Shown here in pieces: positions 50,043 to 64,000 of a DNA stretch of 64,000 nucleotides. A program made the position numbers and the translations under genes. Where the stretch lies: NCBI GenBank assembly GCA_051362555.1, contig CM120648.1, positions 8,552,587 to 8,616,586 on the forward strand. Direction: 5' to 3'. How positions within the stretch are numbered: position 1 is the stretch's first letter; the number at the start of each line of letters is the position of its first letter. The notes beneath the pieces were generated by a model, which saw only the letters and a list, made by a program, of their open reading frames with translations, did no database searches and was not told the DNA's origin. This DNA is from Lingula anatina (Eukaryota; Animalia; Brachiopoda).

Positions 50043-53000
50043 TATTAATTTGATGCCTCTGATATGACAACAGATTGGTCCACTGACATCTAAGCATGCC
50101 TCTACACGTGCTGGAATGACGTGTCTCGATCGTCAAGCCACTCAGGTGCGCTTGACAGGCAGGCAATGTGTCAACTCTGTCTCCAGGAACACCTGCCTTT
50201 GTTTGTCGTGGTCAGTTAAACGCCATGGTTCCTTTAAATGCATCGAAATTCCCCTGCACTTCTCTGTTTATTTACGTATTGTGCGTTTAATGTCTGGTTC
50301 TATGTTAACATATCGAGCTACTAATTTGACTGTTAGTGCATATGAGGCCCTTGGTTAATTCATTCGATATGCACGGCAATTGGATATGTTTAACCTGAAG
50401 TCCATTTTAAACTGTGCATGTTGTCTGTACTTTCTACCTCTTCTCTCATCAGACTGTTGCAAATGTGTTCTCTGTCAGTGATCCGGGCTGGAATCTTGAG
50501 TCATTTTGGCACTTGCATATGACAATGACCAGGTCTTGGTAAAATACAAATGACGGCCTCCGAAACAATTGTAATTCGATAAAAAGAGAGCGGATTTTGA
50601 CAAGCGTTATCAACTCCCGCAAATCCAGTTCCTTTACATAACACTAGCGTTATTGTGGTTCCCTTTCGCAGTAACAAACGCTATATCATTCTTACAAAAC
50701 GTCACCACATCAATTATTCAACGGGCCAATAGCATTAGTAAGTATTTCCATTTAACCGAGGCCTGTCAATTAATGAAGTCCTGTGTTCATCAATTAACTT
50801 CCCTGAAAAGTCAACTCGTTACCACCGACGCCGCGTTCGAGGAGGCTGGATTAATGCTGATGGATTCCACGTTGAGTTGCAAATAGAAAACGTCGTATAA
50901 TGTGGAACTCCTCGATGTGTTAACTTTGGCTAATACAACGGATCGTCGATATAATCCTTAACGTATATAATCCCTCCAGCAATAAGCTATGTCTTGTTTC
51001 GTTTCTAAGGATTTACGTGACAGCGTACTGTTCATGTAGATGTCGATATGAAGGAGGCTGATAATGCCATCGATGATCCTGGCTTTCAAAAGAAATGAGC
51101 TGTGGTTTTTGTTGTGGTGGGTTCTGAATCCAATACCAAAGTGGTTGACCTATAACAACGAAGCTATCAGAACTGCAGCCCTGTCTTTAAAAAAGGAAGA
51201 AAAAATAACAAGTTTGTTGTTGCTCCCAAGGTCGTTGATCGTGTTTGTTTGCTTCCTGACTTCCTATCGACGATCGAGCAGGGTAATCTGAAGCAGAAGA
51301 AATATATTGGTTATTTTTTAGACTTACACGCCGACACGCGGAGAATTGTATATCACACACCCGACACGGGTAGCTATTATATCTGCAAGTATATGACTTG
51401 GAATCGGAGGCGGAAACTGCAGTGAACAATCGTGACGGTAACGTTCACACATCGTTCCATTAGAGCGAGGCTGAACCAGTTCGTTTGACGTCTCTCTTCC
51501 ATGGGAGACAAATGACAATAATGATGCAGCCTATTAATACAACCATTACACGTGCACTGACTATCCACGTTGAAGTTGGAGAGGTCACTTTCCGAGTTAA
51601 TTGCAATAAAAAAAACGTAGACACTTTCAGGCAGGAAGATTGTCCATAACGACTGGGCAGTGCGCTAGTATGTTTGTACATCTTGTTACCTGTCGCCTTA
51701 AATTTCAGACTCCCTTATTTTCATTCTTACATCTACCTTCGCCCGTTTCGCCAGCCGCTATGCACTCCTTAATTATCTTGACAGCCTCTGTAAACGCGTA
51801 CGGTTAGTGTTAAACAAGCCGTCATAGACGTATCTCATTTTTCCAGCTTTTATTTTCGTTCAAAGTGAGTACGCAATCTGGTAAATTTCCTGCAACTCCT
51901 TCCGGCAACCTATTGTATTTTATAACAGGAATGAACTTAACGTGCCTTTTTATTCTTTTATTCTCAAACCTTCATTTTATCAAACTGTTTTACAAGTACA
52001 CCTTATTTCATCTCGTTTCTCTTGTTATTTTAATAACCTAATCAATCTTCTATTTCACAACAGTCAACAGGATAGCGCTCAAATCTACCTATTACTAGCT
52101 TGCTATTACTGGCTTTTATTTTATCTTTTGTAATAAACGCCGGAGTTTCCATGCCACGGAAGTAAATTAAACCAGCGCCGTTAAAATGTTTGGATCATGC
52201 ATTTACCGTATGGCAAAGATACATATATGACTCTAGGTTATATGCCCTTGACTTTACACAGTGCCTTTTATATAAACACCTGTGTTAAGAGCGTCATTAT
52301 TTACATGTTGTCATGGAAACCGTCTTGCTGCAGGAAAAAGCACAACACAATTAAAAATATCATTCACTGTTACCTGTGTCAACTGAACATCGTATTGACA
52401 TTTGACAGTCTTTTCTTTGGTCTCAGCTTAATTGTCTAACAGCAGAAGCCCTTCATATTGCGCTGAAAATATCGCGTTGGAATTTAATCCTTAGACTATA
52501 TTTATAGTTGTGGAAAACGTGTATCTTTTGCGGTCAGATGAGTAAAGTATATTAAATTAGATGTATTCATGTAAAATACTGATCACAGAATGGCAATGCA
52601 CTAATTGTATTATTTTATCATATATAATATTGGACAACGTCATGATAATCTATATAACAGCTAGTGCAGAAATATATTGAATTGAACTGAATTGAAGAAA
52701 TTACCAAACCGCTCTCACTACATTGTATCACGGTAAGGTTCTCACGTCTCCTCTTGTTTCATACGTCCTCGTATAATAACCTGCTTTTCTGTATTCTACA
52801 CAACACCAGGAGGAGGCGTGCTCATCTGTTAAACTGATTGCATTCAGCGAGAGTCTCCGCAGAGTTGGATCGATGTACATAGACCAATGGTGTCTATGGA
52901 AACGAGCCCTCTAAAGCGAGAAAATAACAGCTCGCAGCTATAAGCATTCTGTGACTTTCACCCTATCGCATTTGAAAACAACGGAAATTGTCGCTGGAAA

Positions 53001-53088
53001 AAACTCTAGAAGCCAAAACATCATCACTGCTTACACAGGAATCTTTCCAGTGACAGAATCCGTTTCACACGCACGTTGCTACATGTAT

Positions 53089-53102
53089 CAGGGCCCTAGC
53101 CT

Positions 53103-53143
<41 letters not shown>

Positions 53144-53259
53144 CTGCCCCCCCCCTGGAATTTGGAATTTTACACACCACACCCTCCCCCCTCGGTAGCT
53201 TCGCCCCCTCGTGTCCGCTTACTGCCCCCCCCTGGCATTTTGCTCAGGCTATGGCCCTG
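53089..53259. mobile_element. MITE with CAGGG-type TIRs, internal poly-G, 5-bp TSD (hAT5-like)
   Basis: cagggccctagcct / aggctatggccctg; TGTAT at 53084-53088 and 53260-53264. Confidence 0.75.
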
Positions 53260-53569
53260 TGTATGTCACTTGTTGTGAACTGATATGGCGCATTTAAATC
53301 TCTTGGTGTACAGAATCACACGAAAATACAGGGGCACACGAAAACACTGGTACATATAAAGCTGAGTTCCGCCCATTGCAACGTTCTTTTGCTTGTTCGA
53401 ACAGTATAAAATGATCATACCAAACGTATGCTTTTTGCCTTTTAGCATTTTAGGACTCAAGAAGGTTTTAAACTAACGTGGCATTTTTGTTCAGGTTAAT
53501 GGTGCTGTTGTCTTAGAAACAATTCAAACTGTAATCGAAACTCAAATGAATTATAGTTCGACACTTTAA

Positions 53570-53791
53570 GCCCCCTTTACACTGGGCGGCGTCCTTTCTG
53601 CGTTCCGTAGTACGCCCCCCCTCCCTTTGAGAGTAAAAAAATAATACTTAACGTGCCGACAACTGGCCGATTATTGAACATTCATTCTTTAACCAAAGCG
53701 AGGTTTTTGTCTCCTTTCTACGACCACAGCGATGCCAGTTCCATGGTGGCACAGAAAACGCAGAAAGGACGCCTTCTAGTGCATAGGGGGC
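53570..53791. mobile_element. 222-bp MITE with ~35-bp TIRs flanked by TTAA
   Basis: gccccctttacactgggcggcgtcctttctgcgtt / aacgcagaaaggacgccttctagtgcatagggggc; TTAA on both sides (a TA TSD is equally compatible). Confidence 0.8.
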
Positions 53792-54320
53792 TTAACCGAC
53801 AACAGCAAATGTACTTGCAATCTTGAATATTGCAAATGCACAGATGCGGTGGTTAAAGGAACAACCGGTAGTTAACCTGTATGAATTCACGATCATTCAA
53901 TAAACTTATGCTGAGGAAAGTATTCACAAGAAAATTGTCACCGCCTGAGATACAGCCGTCTTTACAGAACACCCACAGAAAGACTCCAGGGTATTTTAGG
54001 GACAAAAAACACGACTCAGAGTGACGTAGGCTACGACATATCCTTTTCCTTAATGAAGTAAATACATGTCTCTAGGTACCAATACAGAGTCATGGTATAC
54101 GATTTTACGTTAACGTTGTCTTGGTGTTATCTACCTGCGAAGGATTCGAGAAAGCGTGCCATTGTATTACAACCGCAAAATACGCATTGTGAATTCACAC
54201 CTTAAGACATCTCTGTGGTGTAGAATTCGATTTTATCTGTTGACATCTTTGCCCTCTTTTTCTTTGTGAACAGCTGAGACCCACTTGTACATGTACGTGC
54301 ACACGAAATATATTTACATG

Positions 54321-54354
<34 letters not shown>

Positions 54355-56264
54355 ATATATACACGGTATATATATATATATGCAGATATGTTTAATGTAT
54401 ATTTTTCCAACTTCCTATGCATAAAACACCTTGTTGGAACAATTGTATGGGAACAATTACATGCTTTCTGTCACTCGTTGTACGTATTGTATGAATCAGA
54501 GGGAAATGCTAGAGATATGAATGATGGATAATATCAATTGCTTCTTTTTCTTTCTTTCTTTCTTTTTGTGCTCAAAATAAAATAATCATAAGCACTGTTG
54601 AAGCTGATAAGACTCAAATAATACCACTCAGCTTGCGCAGAATAATGTCAAAGGATGATTTTAAAAAGATTCTCTCTTTTTTTTAATTTCATGGTTGAAG
54701 TTTTTTTTTAAGCATGAATCTATTAATGTAATGTTGAATTTGCCCTTCAATTTACACACATAAATACAATTATTATTATTTTATACCCTTCGAAATTAAA
54801 GGACGACAGTAGACAAAAACTGAGGACGACTCCACGATGTAATGCCATGCATTATCCAAGTATATTAATTCAGGCCAAGAAGGGAAAATTGTCCAACAAG
54901 TATGTACAACCTCCAGATCGCTGTGAGAATGCATACAGGTGATCGGCTAGAATTTACAGAGAAACACGCGTTAATATGTATGTTTTTCTCGGAACACTGT
55001 TAGTTTACCGATGTGGGACTCTTGTTATTAGAAAACATTGAAACGCCCGTCCACAAGTTTGAAAACGACAGCAGGAGAGTCTCCCAACATAGCCCAATCT
55101 ACCTAGTACATTTACACCTGGGTAAACAACGGTCTTCTCTCACCTTGAAAACACAAACACAAAACCAGTGTCACCTTAGAAGCAGATGATCAGATACGTT
55201 TAATTCAATACTGTCATATTTAACGTGAAGCCAAAGGTGTTGAATTAAAGGTGTGGAGTTACTTAAAACAGTGTTGGGCGTTTACCGTGTTAATTAAGCT
55301 CTCTCGCGTTACAAGACTTCCGCTCGATCTTCCCTAGGATGTATCTGTAATAACGTTTACACCTACAACCTGTTTGGTTCAATTCAATAGCACAACGCGT
55401 GCATGGCATTAGGAAGAGTTTGTAAGTGGTGCTCTTGTTCTGTTAAATTTACGCCGTTTATCATATCGCCTGCTACTTGTTTCTGCCCTGTTGTGATGCA
55501 GAATAGTAGATCGACCGCATCGAGCTCGCCTGGGGGCGGAGGCGTGTCTGTTAAATCGAACCTATAAGCTTCAACCACCTAAGCTTTTCCCGAAAAAATA
55601 AACGTTCAAAACAGAGCCGAGTAGAGCTTCAAACCAACTATAAAACATACAGTATAAGGCCCACGGAGAGTGTTTTTATTTTGTTTATTTATTTATTTTC
55701 TGGGTGGGGGAGGGCTGTGTTACATTCTTTATCCCATCTACTATTATCAGCATTGTTTTGTTTTGTCTTTTGAGATTTAACAAAGTACCTCAACGGGTTT
55801 TTTTTTATTAACCACAAGCAGAATTCTGTGTAATTCTTTGAGAATCTAATACAGTTGAGAGAACTGTCTGTATCATCTTGGCACGTACTTTTTTATAATC
55901 ATCTTTTTTCTGCTGGCCTCACAATGTATTCTGGTATATACAGCTACACGCGCCGTTAACACTATACTGAAATGGAGCCCGCTCCTAATGCGCACCTTCC
56001 AAAAACCAATCCACATGCCACTGTCTACACCTAAACTCTCTACAGTTAACACTACAGTTAGCCTTAATTGTCTTTTCTAAATATTTCTATGCAGATGCCA
56101 GCATTCCACCTAAAAACCAAAATCGGACAAAAGATTCGCGCGTAAATTCGGCGCGTCCGAGAGCCTATAAGGGGCAACCGTTGTTGAATTAAGTGAGTTT
56201 AAATGCTGGAAAATGATAGATGCGATTAAATCTACAATTCTAAATCACAGAAATCAATTGGCCT

Positions 56265-57289
56265 GCTGGCTCAGACTACTTAATCCTTGGGTGTACTTTG
56301 TAGTGTATTTCAGCTGTGCTCCACGTGCGTCATTGGGGCGACTACGTATATATTTATGTAAATATAGTACGGATAGTGTACATTGAAGTCTATACATATA
56401 AAAGCAACAACTAGGTAATTTTAGATTTTGACAAGATGTGTAGTTTAAAGACTATACATATAAAAGCAACAAATAGGTAATTTTAGATTTTGACAATTGT
56501 TTAGGATAACTAGCATTGTCGAATTCAACGTTTTTCGCATAACGATCACGTGTGCCTTAAGAGTTTGCACTTTAGTTCGTATACATGTAGAGGCTCTATC
56601 AAACAAAAATTCTTTCGATATGAAAAAATTGTATGTCTATATGAAACAAGTCTCTAGCATTAAGCAGTATACTGTTTTACATCAATTTTACAATTTTTAT
56701 TTGGATCAATATTAAGATGGATAAATCGAATAAAACGTTCGGAACATTTACATTAATAAAGCAATTTCTATTCATAGCGTTTTCTATCGGGTATTTTTAA
56801 AATATTAAATAGCTGGCTCAGACTACTTAATCCTTGTGTGTACTTTATACATGTAGTATAATTCAGCTGCTCTCCATGTGCGTCATTGCGGCGACTACGT
56901 ATACATAAATGTAAGACTATACATATTAAAGCAATAAATGTTTCATTTTACAGTTTGACAATTTGCTATAGCTTGTATAGCTTGTACTGACAAATTCAAC
57001 GTCTTTTGCATAGCAATCACGTGTGCTTAAAATTTACACTTTTGTTCGTACATGTAGAGACTGTACACTGTATCAAAGAAATCATATTCTTGTATGTTTA
57101 TATGTTTATATAAAATATTTCTGTAGTATTTAGTAGTCTACCATTTTTATATCAATTGTACAAATTTATCAGTATCAATAAAAAGATGGATAAATAAAAT
57201 AAAACATTCGAAACATTTACATTATCTGTAATAAAGCAATTTCTATTCATAGTCTTTTCTATCGGGTATTATTAAAATATAAAACAGCT
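56265..57289. repeat. Diverged tandem duplication (period 547 bp)
   Basis: gctggctcagactacttaatccttg at 56265 and 56812; both copies end in gcaatttctattcatag..ttttctatcgggtatt. Copy 1 has an internal ~60-bp duplication (~56386 and ~56448). Confidence 0.9.
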
Positions 57290-58687
57290 TTAAGTGCAAT
57301 GCTTTATAAATGACTATGATTATCTGCCCCAAGTTAAAAAAGGCATCCTCCATGACATATTCGTTTCGACGATCGTCATTTCTCGGCAATTTTTGTTTCC
57401 TTGCTGACCTACGCTTTGTTAAGTAGCGAAGTTTTTTGAGTGCGCAGTTCCTGAGAAGGAAACAGCCAAATTAGTTTTCAAAGTGCACATTCCTTTGATG
57501 TGTTTGTTTACAGCTCAGGCAACGTGGAGCATTTCCTATCCAAACTATGAGAAAATCAATCGAGTTTAATAGTGAAAAAAGGTAACTCCAGATGGTACAA
57601 TTATGATATTGCTCGCATTAAGCTGTAACTGTTGTCTGAGCAGTGAACCCGCGCCGCCGCATCCAGGGACCCATCTCACTTTTAGATTCGTTTTATTATC
57701 TAAGTTTACACATAGGAACTTACGTTTTTCGGCGGGCTTCGTCTAGACGGCTTAAATCGGATAGCCGACTATGACTACGACTTTGCGATTTATGATCAGT
57801 CTCACAATTTAACGAACATTTGGTAAACTATAAATGTACAAATGTAATTGGTTAACACTGATATTTATAGACCATCGTCACCACTAAGAGTAAAACAATG
57901 AACATTGCCAAGACAATCAAGACAATTGACAATAGCTCTGTAGGGTATCAGTAAAACAGCTGAAAAAAAGTAATCCCCCAAGTAGCAAATTTATGAAACG
58001 CATTTTGCCAGGCTTAGGCTGGATTCTTAGCAGTCTCCTTTCAAACTGACTTTCACCGTTTTGCTAAGCAAGCTCCGGGGGAAAGGGGCAAAGGGCACGC
58101 GACAATGTGACAACACGATGCCCAACTCAGAAATCCCCACAGACATCTGAAATAACGAATAGAAGGCTGTGATTCAGAATGTTATCTGTTTCAAAATAAA
58201 CATACAATAAAGCAATTTAGACAGCAGTGAATTATATTCAGTTACTTGATAAATGTTGTTTTTTTTTTCATATATAAATGTTAAACACTAGTGAACCGCA
58301 TTCACTGGGGTACAGGCGAAGATGGCCAAGCTAATGAGCTTCTCTCTTCATTGCCGTGTTGCGTTTGACAAAAGTTGACTCCATAACTCGCATTGCATGT
58401 AGGATTCATGTCGGAAATAATCTTCTTTTATACAAATCCATTCTTTTTTATGAGGGTGTTCAATCTCCGTGTTTTTGCTCGCTCGGTGCCCAGCAGGCGA
58501 TAGTAACATTACGAGCAGACGTAATTCATTTGAACGAAAACCACCGATAATTTTCAGACGGTTATCATGCAATTGCCGGATCCCCCTAAAAAACTCATCA
58601 TTTTCTAATAATGATTCACAGAAAAGTGCGATGAATGAGGTAGGGAGTTAAATAGAGTTCAAATTTGACACTTAATCTTATCCAGAT

Positions 58688-58726
<39 letters not shown>

Positions 58727-59350
58727 TTACAGCCCTAATCGTTAGTGAGAAATTTAAAGTTTTTTGTTCCTGGTAAAACGTGATTAAATTTTGAAACATT
58801 TCAAGTTACAGTCAAATGGTTCAAAACAGGCCATATAGATAACGCACCCCAGAAAGCCTGCAAGTCGACAAGTACAAGGTGTTAAATACTGTAGGCAGGT
58901 ACCGGCACGTGTAGCAAACTATCTGGGCATACCGGTACCTAGAATAAACTCTTGTCCAGCAGTCTTCTTGTTTATTTGACATAAAACCAAACAGGAAAAT
59001 AGGCAGAAGGATTTCACGTGGATTTACGCGCAATTTTCGTCCGCTCTAGGTTGAAGGTCAGACACTCCGACGCTGACCCTTAGAGGGCGTTCACGTTCAC
59101 ACATATCTCGGACCTGAATCGACACGAACCCGGTCCAATTCACGTGTAGTCACATATGGCAGTTGGGGGATTGGTTGCATACTTTCCGAAGAGAACACAG
59201 AATATATTAATTCTAACCTACTAATGATTTATTGCAATCTACATGTATGTACTTCCTTCACGCCAACTGACCCTAGCCTTGGAAATCAGCCATCTCGACA
59301 ATTCGAGACCTAATTGGGCTAAAACTATATGTGTTTTGCTCTGTATTTTC

Positions 59351-59412
<62 letters not shown>

Positions 59413-59970
59413 TTGTTATTTTTATTTTAGCAAGAGTAATCGACGTGTACGAGGCAACACTATTGATATTTAAATCTGCTAGCAAAGAATTCTGTCCTGA
59501 ATAAAGGCTTTAGTGAGTTAGTATATGATGAGACAATCCACAATTTGTGTTCCTATCTCCAACTCCCTCTAAAGGAAAGTCATGTTTATGAAAGGATCAT
59601 TAAACTCTAGGCTTTTCCCTCGCAACTTCCTCATTCCCAATCCTAATTACGTCCTGTTGTTCTTTCTGTGCACGTAAACGGAGTGGCTGAGTGCATTTAT
59701 AGCGATGCTCATAATAAAGCTTTTCTTAATGTGTTTTTAGCAAACTGCAGAACTGCTGTAATCATTGCAAAAAATAACTTCGCTAATGCACGTTTTAAGT
59801 AACTTTTATCAAAAGAAAATTCATAAACCACATGGCGCATTAGGGTGGAAAAAAGTTGGCTATCCCATCCTTGTGCTTTCAAGTTAGGTCGGCAAAGTAA
59901 GCCTTGCGTCTATTTTTATCTTTTATGCCCAAAATTTATTATCTTGTTTTGGCACAAGAGGTACATCTAA

Positions 59971-60185
59971 GACTGCATTCCCACAGATTTAAATCGATCC
60001 ATTTGGATGGACCTAACTCCCTGGGTGTTCACGCTTAATTGCCGTCAGTCGAGCGCGCACTATAGTTAATTACCCCCTTACAGCTTTTAGTACGCGGGAC
60101 AGGCATTTAAGCCGGCTAAGCTAACAGTAAACTAGTGAGAATCCCCACGGGGATAGATCGATCTAAAATATGTGGGAATGCAGTC
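59971..60185. mobile_element. ~200-bp MITE family copy 3 (PIF/Harbinger-like)
   Basis: Perfect 15-bp TIR gactgcattcccaca / tgtgggaatgcagtc; flanks taa/tga. Confidence 0.88.
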
Positions 60186-61630
60186 TGAATTTGATGGAAG
60201 CGTCCAGTGACATAAAACCGACTGAATTTCCGCTTATGTTCCCACTGCCAATTTGGACATAATTGTGATGATTCAATTGATTACTAATCCTGCATTCCTT
60301 ACACAATTTTGCAACAGCGTCTGTATCCTTAACGACATCAGGTGCATGTTTAAGAAGCATATCGTATCGTTGCTAAAAATACCAGGTCAATATTAAAGTT
60401 GAAGTTTTTTCCCGGTCTTTTTTTCCCTGACACCTGTTATAACTCTCAGTGTTACATTGTCCTACGGGTTGCAGTATATAAATTAGTGGTTTTAAACAGG
60501 AATGGTAACATAACAATATTTCTCCGACTCTCAGTCATTGTTAAAGTACAAAAAGGGTTCAAGTCAGTCAAATGATTAGACTAACATGGTGTATTCCGCA
60601 GACACAGAGCGGTATACTTTATCGATACAGATTGGTCTGGCCATATCGTAAGAGAAACATCCTAAATGGTAAACATTGGAAAAGAACTTGTAAACGAACC
60701 CCCCCCCCCCCCCAACCCTCTAGGCGCAATTACGTGTTTGAACTCTTTTAAAGTGTACCGATCCGATACGGACTGCGTTAAATGATCCGTCCTTGGTCTA
60801 TCCACTTACGGGTTAAATAATTGCACAGCTGAAACCATGTATTGTTTTAATCCCTCAGGACACCGCCAACCATTGTTTTGTTAACCCACATAATTAACAA
60901 CAGGTGATTTATAAACCAATCATTGAAATTACCCTGATGGTATTTCCCAGATCGCTTTGGGAGGTAGCTTTAGGGAAGAAAAAACGTAATTTTGAAAGGC
61001 AAAATACGCAGATTAATTACCAAGTAATGTGCAGAAGCCCAGAGAGGCATTTTTTCTTTTTCTTTTATGAGACACAAACTAAATGTCTTCAAGTAGTAAA
61101 TTGCTAAATTGTTTACGGTTGCGATCAGCAGAGCTTTGGGAATGAAAAGCAATAGACTGTGTCATAAATAATTGCGAAGCGGCTATTAACGAAATGAGAC
61201 GAATTGACGAATATTAACGAAAAGAAAAAAAGACAGAGGAAGGAGACGTTTATTTTTTTAACCCATGTTCTAATACTTTGAAGTCCCTTTCACTGCATGA
61301 GCTCCGGTCCGATGCGACAAAATAAGGCAAACATTACCGGATTTGAGAAAGACGTAAAATAATTGGCCTATAGTGTGAAAAGGTATATAACAGAACGGTT
61401 AAATCTAGTGCAAGTAAATACAAAAAGAAATGCAGCGCAATCCGTCATGATTTTAAAGAGACCCACTTTCTCGCTTTTTGAATCTAAGCATAATGTTGAT
61501 TATTTAAATTAATATATTTCTGATACCTTAGAATACCAAACAATGCCACCATTTCTCCACTATATTGGACATCTCAAATTATATGTATATAAAAGTGAAA
61601 AAAGGAGAGAGATAAGCTCAGTTATTATTC

Positions 61631-61675
<45 letters not shown>

Positions 61676-62421
61676 AAGAGAGAGAGAGAGAGATGGTTTC
61701 ACGTCAACTTACCTTAAAAACCAATCATGAAAAATTCCAAATTTGAACTCCAACCATTTCCCGCATCAAAAGTTGCTCGACATGTTTCAACCATTCACGT
61801 CGTTTATGATTTAGTGTCTGTTCTAGTGTCTGTTCTTATTGTGTTAGAGCTATGCATCCCATCATCAGCGAAATCCCCTCGCTAATTACGTCTCTTCTTT
61901 ATCCACTGAAACATATGATCTTTGTCCGTTCAATTAAAAGGCCAGCTAACACGGCTTAGCACGTGAAGCAATGTGCATATTTACCGTAAAGCTTAGAGTC
62001 CCGTTCAAACTTAGCTAAAATAGTTCAGAGGCAAATCGGTCGATGTGACGTCTGTTCGAACTAATCAATAGCAGTTGCAATTAACCCATCGCGCACTTGG
62101 ATTTTAATCTTTGAACCATGGCAATGATCGGTTCGTTTACGCATACATTTTATGTAAATAGTTTAATTACTTTGGAACAATACATTCCATCAGCCTCATA
62201 CATACAGTAAGATCACATATACATAGCAGATCTGATACACGCTGGCTAATTCGATAAGCGTTACCTACGGCCGTAAAAATCACCGGGAATCGATCCACCT
62301 GAGGGTGGTGTGAATGTGTCCCCGGGAATCAATACACATTTCCCGGAGCCGTGGCTAATGAGTCTGACTGACGACTGGTTGAGCCGGAGACATAATATGC
62401 CTCATTGTGCTTTAAGCCTTA

Positions 62422-62460
<39 letters not shown>

Positions 62461-63076
62461 TGTTTGTATGTGTGTACATGTGCGTGCTCGCGCACGTGTT
62501 GTGTGTGTTGAGGGGGTGTCTTCTTCTTATTGTCTACAATGGGGATACAATAGCCATATAGTGTATACTCAAATGACAATGAATTAGAAAAGGAGCACCG
62601 GTCACGAAGAGAGTTTGGCGATTTGGCGATTGGGGGGGGGGGGCTTTCTTGTCTACAATGCATGATGATCTACATAGAGTATATTCAAATGACAACAAAT
62701 AAAGAAGGGACACTCTGCAGTAACACAAAGTACTTGCCACAGTAGATTATCTATGTAGTAATACTATTGTGGTGCAAACCTTTCTCATATAATAATGAGA
62801 AGTATCAATGCTCAAAGTACATGTTGTCTTTCTAGGAATTTGACTGTTTTATGTGCACCGTCACTGTCTTCTATCCTATTGGAGAAAGTTATTCTTTATG
62901 TAGATAGCTGACAAATGTGGATATGCGTCTACCAGAGCACAATGACCAATTATTATTATTATTATTATTATATACGTGTTTGTACAAAAAGCCGTCCCAT
63001 GACTGTCAATGTTATTAGCATTGTATCCGTTTTGTACAATGGCACCATAATCGTTGCACGGTTGGAGATGCCATCT

Positions 63077-63117
<41 letters not shown>

Positions 63118-64000
63118 AGGGAGTGTTTTTTCTTAAGGTTTTTCTTGTTCGTTTAAAAGGAACTGCTATTTAATTTAATGTGAGTTAATTTAATATCAGT
63201 CAGCAGTCTCGTATGGCTTATCAAGGTACTAGTTGTTTATGTAAATAGGACTCTAAAAAAACAAATTATCCCCTTCTTAAAAATTTATCAGAGGCAAAAA
63301 GAAAGATATATATATGGCATTAAGTCCAGTAAACGCAGTCATTGATCCTAACACGACTTTTATTGACTATCCCGTTAACTTCCATTTATTGTTGAAAGTA
63401 TTCTTTTGGGGAGATTTAAGAATTTCTCATCGGGAAACTTTTAAAAATAAGCAAGGAAACGGGCCATCAATTATACAGCAAGCGACAAGACTTAATGTGG
63501 CTAGATCTGTAAGAAAGTCACATTTTGTGTCAGCAAATGGGAGATAATGGCGCTAGAATATATTGATATTCGTTTTAAGACACTCTGATGTCCCCAGCGA
63601 GCTTTTAAACCCATTATATACCAAATTTCTGGATGTGGTGAAAAGTCATTCTTTAAAATGTGCTATCAAGTTTTCTCTTTAAGATTATTTTTGGCTAGCT
63701 CTTAATGTTCATAGATACAGTGCAACAATTTTTCTAAGTCTATCGCGTAATATCAAACGTCAATCGTTAATGATATTTAACGAGTCTACCACATCTGACA
63801 TAGAATTACACGCAAGATTTACATTTTGCACATCGATTTTTCTCGCGTGCTTCTAGTTTCTCTTTACCTCAACAATCAAATATCACATATTCTTAGACCG
63901 TTGCGCTTTATTTCCCTTGATCGTTTTGTGCGTCTCCTATCTTTTTAAGATAAGAAGTGTAGATGCACGTTTGCAGTGAAATCACAAGACATCAGCTTTC

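Overview
AT-rich, microsatellite-rich, intron-containing animal DNA. It is probably an invertebrate such as a mollusc, inferred from the repeat types and protein divergence. No prokaryotic features, CRISPR arrays or rRNA/tRNA genes were found. Two spliced genes can be rebuilt by hand on the minus strand. (1) A complete 6-exon cation-dependent mannose-6-phosphate receptor (M6PR/CD-MPR, 280 aa, 5774-16219) has a CLEAR-like E-box upstream and substitutions at key ligand-binding residues (R111->K, D103->G, R135->N). (2) An FNDC4/FNDC5 (irisin precursor)/Iditarod-like FN3-TM gene (core exons 21041-24827) appears to have more than one candidate signal-peptide exon, one of them 25 kb upstream (49832-50042). 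Also present: a probable orphan terminal exon (+, 1725-2360), decayed Tx1/L1 and RTE LINEs, and a THAP-transposase pseudogene disrupted by a template-switch-type inverted duplication. M6PR intron 1 holds a nested repeat complex with a Helentron/HINE-like satellite, and there are several MITE families and tandem repeats. All assignments come from manual translation and motif recognition; no database searches were run.
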